DNA of 64,000 nucleotides from an uncultured virus (IMG/VR IMGVR_UViG_3300021256_000060) (lineage: Duplodnaviria > Heunggongvirae > Uroviricota > Caudoviricetes): the IMG/VR virus record IMGVR_UViG_3300021256_000060. One strand, 5' to 3'. A model generated the notes under the pieces. That model had not been told where the DNA came from. It searched no databases and saw nothing but the letters and a program-made list of their open reading frames with translations. The translations under genes were made by a program, and so were the position numbers. Below are positions 49,120-61,100 of the stretch, piece after piece (within the stretch, counting starts at the first letter, position 1; the number at the start of each line of letters is the position of its first letter).

Positions 49120-52100
49120 TTATTTAGGTTCTGATATCCAATCTAATGATTTTGCAATAGGAGTATAGGACTTGCCGTTCAGCTCAGACATATACCCACT
49201 ATTACCACCAAACACACTCATTCCAGGAACACTGGGAGTGGTTTGTTTAGTAGTTCCTTGTCCATTAGCAACGATAGCCTTAAGGATACCTTCTAATAGA
49301 CTATTGGTTTTCTTCTGTTCTTCTAGTAACTCAGTAAAGTTAGTAGGAGCTTCTGCTACCTTCTGGGTAGCTGTAGTTCTCACAGGAACTCTGCTTGCTC
49401 CAGTAACCTTGTTTACTGTTGTAGAAGTATTAGTAGTGTCTTCTTCACTAGTTCCGCTAGATTCATCTCCTATAATCATCGATGTATTAGACGTTTGACT
49501 CTTAGCTGTATTGCCAAGATTTATAGCCTCCTGCATAGATGCTCTAGTAGGATTGAAAATGTTAGCAATATTATTGAAGATTTGAGAGAATGGATCCATA
49601 GGTCTACCAGTCTTTGCTGTAACTTTGGCTTTCTCTCTTGGAGTTAGTTTCTTGGTATACCTCTTATCTTTAGATAGAATATCGATAGCTTGCTCTTTGG
49701 TATAACCTTGTTTGAGTAGATAATCTACATCGTTCTTTGTGTATGGTAAACCATTAGGACCTACTCCATATGGAGCAGTCTTGTCACCATCTTTTGAAGT
49801 TTTCTGAGTATACCTCTTATCTTTAGATAGAATATCGATAGCTTGCTCTTTGGTATAACCTTGTTTGAGTAAGTAATCAACATCATTCTTTGTGTATGGT
49901 AAACCATTAGGACCTACTCCATATGGAGCTTCGGTCTCAGTAACCTTGGCATTCCGATTAGCGCCAGAGAATATATCTCTTACAGTACCAGCAATCCTAT
50001 TGAACCATCCACCAATTCCTCTTTGCTTTTTGGCATCAGATTTTGAAGTTTTCTGAGTATACCTCTTATCTTTAGATAGAATATCGATAGCTTGCTCTTT
50101 GGTATAACCTTGTTTGAGTAGATAATCTACATCGTTCTTTGTGTATGGTAAACCATTAGGACCTACTCCATATGGTGCCTGAGTAGTAGATTCTTCTCTC
50201 TTACCACCAGAGAAGAAGTCTCTTACAGTACCCGCAATTCTATTGAACCATCCACCAATCCCTCTTTGCTTTTTGGCATCAGATTTTGGTTTGTCTTTAA
50301 CAGCTTCTTCCTTCTTCTGTTCTGCATTAGCATGATTTGGAGTAGGACCAGCCGCTTTCCCTAAGATTGTAGGATCAGAGAACTCTGTTGCCTTCTTCGC
50401 TTCTGGTTTGATAACCTGAGAAGGAGGAACAGGTTCTGCTTTTGGTACCGGAGGCACTACAGCAGCAGTCTTAACTGGTTCTTGTACAGGAGTAGCCTGA
50501 GCAGCTGGAGCTTCCTTGATGAAGGCCTGTCTTCTCATCTTAGTAAGAGTAGATTCATATACTCCATTATTGGTCGGATTAGCACTAGGAACTGCAGGTT
50601 CTGCTTTGAGAACTTGAGGAACAGCAGCAGGTGTTGCTGATTTATTAATAAATACCTGTTCTCTCATCTTAGCAAGATTCGACTTATATACTCCGTTATT
50701 CGTAGTATCAGATGTTGGAGTATTAGTAGCAGGAGATGCTGTCTGAGCTTGAGCTGCTGTACTAGCTGGTGCAATTGTAGGAGATACAGTAGTTCCAGGA
50801 AGGTTGCCAGTAGAGAATTTAGTATCTACGACACTAACTCCGTGCTGAGATAGAACCTGGGCTACTTTGCCAGCCAATTCTTTAGATTCTTGCTCTCCTT
50901 TAGGACCATGCTTAAAGAAGCCTTTCCATCTACCACCTTTAACGAAAGAACTATTAGAGAGAGTTACTCCGCATTGAGATTCTACGTCTCTAGTGATAGT
51001 TATTTTAGAAGCATCTCTAGGCATACCATCAGCAAAGATAGTGAATCCAAAGTATGCACCTCCACGGCCAAACTTACCTCTACCGTATTTTCCTTGTGGA
51101 TATTCATTAGAGCTCGGATCATCATAAGAATCAGCGTTATAATCATTAACGTGATAATTACCATTCTCAATCTCTTCTTGAACCCGTTCTGCAGAATCTG
51201 CCACCATGGAAGCACCATTTACGGCAACACCTAATGGATTCGTCATACCAGCAAGAGTCATTCCGGCACTAACTAGTGGGTCATCTAAAACAGTCTCTAC
51301 TACAGGACCAGCAACAGCCTTGATTCCATTCTTTGCTTGATCCCAAGCTCCTCTACCGTATTTAGCACGGCCATATTTTCCTTGTCCTTGACTTCTCAAA
51401 TACTGTACAGCTTCTGAGGTTGAGTAACCTTGGTTGACTAGATAATCGATATCATTCTTGCTAAATACAGTTCCGTTAGCATTGTTTTGCTTAACGAAAT
51501 CATGTTCTTGGCTATAAATATCTGCATTACCATTCTTATCAACTTTTCCTTCATCTCCTCCACTACTAGTAGCTACTGCATCTTCTTTCTTAGATTCTGC
51601 AGCCGTATTGGAAGAAGCTGGGGTAGCAGGATTAGTAGTCTGAGGAACTGAAGCATTCTTTACTCCACCACTAGATGCTTTCTTAACGATATCGTCAAGT
51701 TTAGAGTATAGATTAGCTCCTGGACAAGAAGTTTCGTTTACCTCTTTATGGCCAATAATATGTTTTCTATCTACTGGTATATTATATTTCTTACAAAGGT
51801 CTCTAATCAAATTGATGAGAGAACCTATTTGAGCTTCTGTAGGTTGATACTCTTCGAAAGCACCACCTACATGAATACCAATAGAATCACTATTAGAACC
51901 TTGGGCATGAGAACCAACCATTTCTTCAGGACGTCCACGTTCAATAGAACCGTCTTTCCTTATAACGAAATGGTACCCAATCCCTGACCATCCGTTCTTT
52001 TGATGCCAACCATGAATAGTTTTAGCATCTGGATCTGTTTTATCATCTCCAGGACCGGTATGGTGTACTATGATTCTATTAGTAGCACTTCTCTTTTCCA

Positions 52101-55100
52101 ATTCACCACTGAATGTGAGTCCAGTTTCTTTTACTCCAGCTAATGATGAACCAGCAGCTGCATTCGCTCCACCACTAGATCCACTATTACCAGAGCTATT
52201 AGGCGATCCGTATACGGCTCTCCAGATGGCACCTGCAGGACTGCTGGATATTTGTTTATCCAGTTCAGTTTTGAACCATCCCATCAGCCCAGCATCTTTC
52301 TTAGCGGATGATCCAGAAGAACCATTTGTACCTCCAGAGAAGCTACTGTCTGAGCTTACACCTTGACCTTCCTTATCATAGAATTCTCTAGCAAATACTG
52401 CTCTTCTTTGTTTCTTCTGAGCATCATCAGCCGAACGTTCGAACTGATCATGGAAGGTTATAGCAGCATCTTCAGGACTCTGGCTATCCATGGTAGCAAA
52501 CATATCCTTTACGTTACCATCTTTGCCAGACAACATATAGTCTATCTGAGTCTTCCAGTCAGAGTCTTGAGTACCTTGTGATTTTGCAAAGTCTTTCAGT
52601 CTCTGCTGTCTATCATCAGAAGTCCACTGTGCTAAGCCATATCCAGTAACGCCATCAACAGGACAATTGTCGGACCCGTTGCTTGGATCATGATTCTGAA
52701 GTCTATCTGAATAGAGTGAGGATTCTGCCATGAAGTTACCAAGAATACCTGCAGTCGTCTGATTAGACAAACCTTTAGATTTCATGTAAGTCCACAGCTT
52801 ACCACCGTCATTGCCAGTAGACTTTTCTCTACCATATTTTCCTTGACCAAAAGCATATGTTCTTTCGGCTTTAGTTTCTCCGAAATTAGTAGTGGGTTTA
52901 AGTTGAGCAGAGATATCCTTGATAGGATCCATAGAATTGGCCATAGCCAAATCTTGCATCATAGTAGAATCTTGAGAACCTCTGCCATACTTTCCTTGAC
53001 CAACTCCGGCATTGGAACTACCAGCATCAGCATTCATTTCTGCTTGTGTTCTAGTTGTTGCATCATTAGATACTACACTATTACCACTACCAGTAGCAAT
53101 GTATCCTTGTACGCTAGAATAGTGACCAGAAATGGAGTCACCATGAACAATCTTGTTCTTACTTGAAGAGTTACCCCAATATCCACCTTGACCATCTGCT
53201 ATTATAACATGGCCATGATCATTACAGATACATACATCGCCTTCAGCACCGCCTTGGGATGCATCCTTGAAGTATCCCTTATCTTTTGCCCACTGTTCAA
53301 GAGTAGGAACCCACATAAGAGTTGCTGCTTTAGTACTATCTACACTGGTTGGGATATGACTTGCTGCTGCCTTTACTTCTTCCATGATAGGACTGCAGTC
53401 TTCCATATAGTCACCCAGTTTATGACCAGCCTTCTTCAGATACCTCTTAACAAATTCGGTGCAGCCATTATTTCCGTAACCAGTAGTACCTTCCATTGAT
53501 TTAGCCCATTTACTTGCTTCAGCAATGTTTCCTCCACCAAATGAGCTATAAGGTCCGCTAACGGATGAAGATCCCGTTGAACCACCATTAGAACCGAATG
53601 CATCATTTCCGAATACATATCCTACCATTGATCCAGGGAGAAGTGCCTTTACAGCATCCCAGAATGCTCCAAGTAATCCCCCATTTCCTCCTCCTCTACT
53701 GCTTCCACTAGCATTTCCTCCTTTGGAACCTGATCCTCCAGTCATACTAAGAGGTGCAGCATCGCTAGGACGATTTTCTTGTAGTCTCTTTACAGCGTCT
53801 GGATCACCTTTAATAATACCTTCAATATTAGAAGCATATTGCCCTTCATCTGCAGTATAGTATCCACCTCTCTTAAGAGCGGCAGCCCATTCTGCAGGAG
53901 ATTTAGCGTCTAATAATCCTTCATCTTTATAACGAGGATAATACCAACTCATGTAGTTTACGAAAGATTGGTCATTATCGAAGAAGCTATGATGTCTATT
54001 ATCCTCACCAGTTACAGTCCAAGTGTAATTATCTTGGGTTCTTGGATTATTAAATCCTGCATCACCCTCGGCTGATTTAACACCACCATAGTTATGCTCT
54101 TTAGCCAGATCGGATTCAAAATGACCTGTCTCTAGACTCATCTGTGCCCAAATCAATTCTGGAGGTAATTTAGTATTCTTAGAGATCTCAATAGCAATCT
54201 CTTCTGGATTCATGAAGTCTTTACCACGGCCAAACCACCATGGATATTTTCCCTTACCCTTCATGAATGCTTTTCTTCTCATCTTAGTAAGATTAGAAGT
54301 GAATACACCTCTCTTATCTTTAGTACCTTTGCTAAGGGATACAGCATTGGTCATTCCATTAGAGATATCCTTAATTGGGTATTCTCTAACTTGGCTTTCC
54401 TCAGAATCATATACCTTAGCATATCCAGGTCTTGATCCTTTTTCGAACTGCTCATAATGCATACCAGGACCCCAAGGACCACCAGGCTTATTAGACTGAC
54501 CCATACCGATTACTTTCTTACCACTATTAATGGCATTAGCAAATTCGGATTTGTTTACGTCTTTAGCCTCATATCCTCTAGAGGTTGCTGCTTTATGAAT
54601 GAATCCAGGATCTACACCATCATCCTTGTGTTTAAACCTCAAGGATTCTTTTACAAGAGAACCGATTCGTTTACCAGAAGGATCTTGGCCTTCTAGACCA
54701 TTGAATGCATTCTCCAAAGAGTATGCAGCGCATGCTGAACTACTTACAGTTTCTTTAGAAGTATCTTGAGATGTATTGAATCTTTTGTTAGCGAGAGGGC
54801 CTACGTCCTGTCTAGCTATAGGTCTTTGATCTTTAGCTATAGGAGCAGATTCCTGAGCAGATTTGAACTCAGACTTGATTTTATCTTGAGCTGCTTGTTT
54901 AGCTTTGATTACAGTCAAGGAATCATTCTGTTTATCAATCTTATTGTACTCAGGTATTGATGCTGTCGGTTTAGGTGTTTGTTCTGCTGGTTTGGATTCT
55001 GCAATCTTGGCTTGAGCTTTAGCTTTCTCTTGAGCGGCTTGTTTAGCTTTGATTACAGCAATAGAATCGTTCTGTGGATCAATCTTATTGTAATCAGGTA

Positions 55101-58100
55101 CCGCTTTGGTCTGTTTAAATATGGGTTCTGCTACAGCAGGTTTTGATTCAGGTACTACTGGGGTAGGTTTAGATACTGGTTCTGGAGTAGTTGGCTTAGG
55201 TGTTTGCTCTTCTGCAACAGGTTTAGATTCTGCAATCTTATCTTCAGCTTTGGCTTTCTCTTGTGCAGCTTGCTTAGCTTTGATTACAGCAATAGAATCG
55301 TTCTGTGGATCAATCTTATTGTAATCAGGAATTTCTTCTCCTCTACCAAACTTACCATTACCGAACTTGCCACCGTGAGTATCTTTATTCTTATCATTAC
55401 CCCAGAAGCTATCCCATTTCTCACTGGCCCAGTCTAATCCACGTCTTACAAGAGACTTACCTTGAGGCTTGTCGTTTCCTTGCATCTTATTGACTGCATC
55501 TTCGCCAGCCTTCTTAGTAATAGCTACCTGTTCAGAAATGGATTTCTTATGCATTTCCTCATACTTCTTTTTATCGAAGTTAGGATCATCCTTGTGCTTC
55601 TCTGCGGTAGTCTTGACTCTCTGATCAATATCTTTTCTTACACTGTCAGAGATATTCTTATCCCAGTCTCCATCTTTACGATGAGCAGTCTGTTGCTGTT
55701 GCAGATAATCATTCTGCTTGGCTACGAGTTTATCGTCAGCCATATCTTTGGTGAGCTTATCATCCTTCTCTTTCTGCTTTCTGAGTTTGCGAAGATCTTC
55801 TGCACCAAAGTCGAATGCATCGCATACCTTCATAGCAATATCTACCCACGTTTTAGCAGGAACTAATCCAAATATAGGAGCTGCTGTGATTACGCCAAGG
55901 ATTGCGGCAAATGCCTTCATTCCTAAAGTAGCAGTACCAGGAGGGATACTGAGTATCTCTTCAGTATGAACCAAACCTTCATACACACCAGAAGCTACGA
56001 AAGCAGCTGTAAGTACCCAACCAATAACTGGGATGAATCTTGAAGCTTGTTGAGCAACCTTCTTCTTGACAGTCTCAAAGGTTTGTTTAGAAAGAATATG
56101 CTTCTCGAATGCATCACATAATACATTAATACCTTTCTTCCACTTATCGCCACCAGGAATATATTTAGCTGCTCCATCTCTAATATATCCTATTACTTCC
56201 TTGATCTTAGTTATAAGACCTTTATTCTCCGCCACTTCTTCAGCAGCCTTTGCTGCATCTTTAATGCCGGTTTTAGCAGTAGTTGCAATATTGGATGCTT
56301 TAGACGTTATTACATCTTTAGCGTCTTTGAAAGTCTTAGATGTTTTCTCCATGAAAGAAGTACTACTCTTTGCTGCATCTGCTGCAGCCTTCTCGCCAGC
56401 TTGTACTGCTTTTGTAGCATCCTTTGCTGTTTCAGCAGCTTTAGTAGCTGTCTTTCCAGCAGCTTTTTCTGCAGCACCAATAATACTCTTAGATTTATTA
56501 GTCAATTTAGAGATATCATTATTTAAGGTCTTCATCTCTGCATTGAGCTTCCTGGCCTTAGATTTAGATGTAGCAGGATCTTTGAGTTCTTTCTCTATTT
56601 CTGCTTTTCTAAGTTCTTTTGCTTTTATCTTTTCGGTAGCCTTATCTAGTTTATCAAGTTGCTCTGGAGAAATCTTGGCTCTAACGTCATCTGGTATAGA
56701 TGAAGGAGCAGCTCCTTTCTTTCTCCAATCCATATAAGTAGATACACCAGCGATACCGGTATCAATAACCATATCGGATACTGAGAAATCTCCTCCCATG
56801 GCCATACCGCCAGCTTGACCACCAACAACTGCACCTAGGATTCTGCTCTTCCAGCCTCCTCCTAATCTAGCACCTAGCATTTCGCCTGCTTTAGCACCAA
56901 CGATGTTACCACCGAGTTGCTTAATAGAATTCTTAGCTTCGTCCTCAGCACCTTCATCAGTGTTCATAATATAGCTTCCACCGATGACACCAGTTCCTAC
57001 AGCTGCTGCTTTGCCCCAAGTACCAAGGTGACTAGCAGCCTCTCCTACTTTACGAATTCCTTTAGCAATACCTTGCTTGGAGAATACTTTAATGCCTTCT
57101 TTTTCAGCAAAGTCTTGAGCTAATTTACGTTGAGCAGCTTCAGGAGACATACCTTTCTTAACTAGGTCCTTCACTCCCTTTTGGTACTCAGGTCTTGAAC
57201 TATATTTGTTAACTAAGTCTTGAACTGCATTATCTGCATATCTATTTGCTTTGTCTATACCCCAGTTAAAGGCTTTATTAGAAGCATACGTCAAACCTAC
57301 GTTCTTGGCAAACCCAAGACCAGCATCTGCTGCTCCTTCATAGTCTCCATCAGCGAATTTATATGCTGTAGCTAAACCGCCAGATACCAATGAATGTTTA
57401 AATGAACCCTCTGGAGCTTTTGTCCACAATCTAGCAGCCTTATCAGAAGCTACGCTGATAGCTAATGATCTTCCACCAGACTTGAGAGTATCCCCAGCTG
57501 ACGACAGAGTTTCGTCATTCTTAGTCCTAGCATTACTATTACCCTTTTCGTCTTCTCCAAGACGTTTGCCATGATTGAGTCGACGTACTCGTTCCAACCA
57601 ATTGAAAATTTCTTCAGGTTTCTTACCAGCTGCCATATAAGCATCGCACTGTGCTTGCTCTTTATATGATAGATCGCCGAACTTATCATACGCTTCAGGA
57701 TATGCTCTTATATTGAATAGAGTATCTCCCTTAATATGCTGAGCTCTCTCACTATTATCATATACTGACTTAACAGCAGAACCGATACCTAAGGCACCAG
57801 CTCCATATGCTAGAGCTTTACCTATCTTACCAAACTTTGGTAATCCTTTAACAATGGCATTGCCTACACCAGTAGTACCACCTTTTCTCCAGCCATTAAG
57901 ACCAGCCAAAGCTGCACCACCAGCAGTAATACCAAGAGTGGACAGAATGGGATGATCTTTGAAGGTCTCCCAAGCTTTTCCAAATGGAGTTAAGAAGTTA
58001 TCTACAGTTTTACCAATAAAGCCTTTCTTTTCGTAGTCCTTACCAGTAACGTCGTCGTAAATTCCAGATACAGATACTGAATCATCTTTTCTCTTACCTG

Positions 58101-61100
58101 GTTTGGTTTTTTGAGCTTCCTTCTTATCCTCGTTATCGGGTTTACTGTCACTAGAAGCTGCACTTGCCTCTGCTTTGGCATCATCATATAGATTATACCC
58201 TAAAAAGGCAGCAGCAATCGCAAGAACCTTTCCAGCTTTGGAACCAAGTATGGACTTGATGACACCTTTTACTAGACCACCAGATTTGGCTCCAGCCTTA
58301 GCACCTGCTTTTGCACCAGCTTTAGCAGTATCTTCAGCCGCTTCTGCTCCAAGCTTTCCAGCTAACTTGCCAAATGTATTTTTAATCGGACCTAGAACTG
58401 CTAAGAACAATGGGCCAATAAATGGTAGTGCTCCTAACGAATCTACAAGTCCTCCTAACACTTTAAAAGGCAATCCGGCTAATCCAAGTAGGCTGTCTAA
58501 TAAACCGCCTCCAGCAGCTTTTGCTGCTCCTTTAACCTTCTTACCTGCATTACCCAACTTATTGGAGATCTTTTCTAGAGCGGTTAGAGATCTTTCTTTT
58601 CTATCTATATCCGCCTGCTCCTTGGCATCTACCTCAGAGTTGTCTTTGGTATGTGCCGACATCATCCCACCATCTGTAGAGGATGTTGTGAAAGTCTTCG
58701 GTCCATATGCTGTTGGGATAATCATGGTTTCACCACGTTTGAGTGGTGCACTCATAGCCGAACCCATGACAGTATTGCCACTATGTATAGCTCCTATGGC
58801 AGCTCCTGCAGCCGTCGCTGCGTCTGAGGAAATACCACCAGCGGTGTCCTGTTCAGCATCTGCGCTGTTGGACTCGTCTTTCTTTTCTTTCTCTTTTTCT
58901 TCTTCGTCGTCATCTCCACCAAATAGAGACCCTAATAATGTGCCACCAAATAGACCTTTGGCTACACCTTTCCAACCACCTTTTTCAAATGCTTTTGCAC
59001 CTGTAGATATAGCTTTACCCCAAGCATGTTGAGGCATACCTTTAGCTTTTCTAAGCTCTTTACGTAGACTCCTCTTTTCTTTCTTAGAAAGATTAGGATC
59101 CTTTAATTTCTCTTCTAGTTCTGATATCTTTCCAGATACATCGTTTTCTTCTAGTTCCTTGGCTCGTTTTTGAGCACTTGTCATAGAGTCTTCAGCAAGC
59201 ATTTCTCTACTGCTGCCTATTAGTTCTTTGAATTTACTTAAGCCATCTTCGATATTTAATTCTTTATTATAGATAGCCTCAGCAATTTCATATGTTTCTT
59301 CAGGGTGATACATAGCTGCTATAATCATAGACTCTACATTATCACCGAGCATAGTTGATACGTTCTCGATTATTTTATCACCAATGGTCGCATTCCATGC
59401 TTGTCTAGCATACATTGCACCAAAATCGTTAAAGAATTGAGGAGATGTAGCAATAGCATAACCAGTTCTACCAGCTGCTGCTAGATTAGAACCTATCCTC
59501 ATTCTTCCAGTAGCTTTATCTGCTCCCCAGATTCCTAGATCTAGAGCCTTATTAGCAGCCCACTTAGATAACCCTAGAGCTTTCTTTCCTACGGTTTGAG
59601 CAGCACCAACAACTCCATTATATTTACCAGTAAGAGCACCAATCTCAGCATTAGTAGTACCATTAGTAATAGCATCGAATTCTAAACCACTCATACCACC
59701 TTGTTTATACTGATTCTTAATAGAATTACGATCTTCAGTACTCTTAGTAATACTATTCTGGAATGCATGATAGTTTGGATTCTTAGGATTACTATATTCA
59801 TCAACCCAACTGAAAGAACTATCCAATCCTGCCTTATAAGTAAGACCTTCTCTATGCTCACCTTCAGTCCACAGCTTCTGAATCTCATCAGCTATCATCT
59901 GTTGACCAATAGTGGTTACACTACCATCTTCAAGAGTAACTTGGGCAGCAGCGAACTTGATCATGTTCTGAGCAACAGCAGGTTCTAGATCTTTAAAGAT
60001 GGAGAAGTCTTTTACTGGAATTTGCATCTTAACAAATTCAACAGCAGTCTTGAACCCATCGTCATTCAACTCAGCAATAGTCTTATACTGATCTGGATCT
60101 ATCTGTAAACCAAGAATAGTGAGATCAGCTATTCTACTGAATGCCTGACCAGTCGGATCTAACTTAAATAGTTTATCGAAGTCTTCAACAATAGCAGTAT
60201 TGCCTCTCTCCAAGGCTTTATTGAGCTGAATAAATGATTCACCGAATTTATTACGATGCTTACTATTAAGCACATAATCTCCAGCTTCTTCTGTAAGTCC
60301 TTGGACTGTTTGGAAGGCATTTACTCCATGCAACTTGTCGATATTGGCATTATATTCTGCATTGGTTGATTCCTGGCCTCTTCTTAGACCCTCATCTAAA
60401 TATGCAGCACTCTTCTGTTGAGCATATTTGATACCTCTCATATCTTTTACTAAATCTAGAGACTTAGCAAACTTAGTAGGATTCTCTCCTCTAAGAGTAG
60501 CAGTAAGATAATTAAGAGCATCAGTGTTCTCGGCAGTAGCCTCCATTTCCTTGACCTTCAATTCCAAATCCTTTTCAGGATCGAACATTGAAGCATCCAT
60601 TACTCCGCCAGCCTTGGCTATATCTTCGGCATATCTACCTTTTACTTTGTCTCTATTAGCATTCTCATTCTCTAATAGTTCAGCAAGGTTTGAAAGCATC
60701 TTGATGAGATCATCTTCATCAATACTATTGTTGAAGTATTTCTCTCTTACCCTTTTAAGAGATTTTTTAACTACTTCAGAGTCTCCTTCTTCTCTCCATT
60801 TTCTTCCTTCTCTGATTCCAGCAAAGGACTCATTTGAAGATTTGAAAAGTTCCTCTAATTCTTTTCTATCCTGAATACTAAAGTTGGAATTCCTCATGAT
60901 ACGTTCGAGTTCATCACCAACATTTATTTTCTCACTGTCATCTCCACTTCTCAGTTTCTCAGCGAGATCCATAAGGTCAGAATGAACTAGAGTAGCATTT
61001 TCAGTATATTCAGGATTTTCCGTTATCTTACTAATAGTGCTTTGGAGATTAGAAAAGATCTCTCCCTCTTTTCTCTTACTAGCATTACCAGTTCCTTTAT

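Noticed and set aside
49649..50285. CRISPR-like or DGR template/variable repeats
   Set aside because: Repeats are in-frame coding units of ~120 nt with mostly synonymous differences, no unique spacers, no adenine-specific pattern and no RT or cas genes in the window
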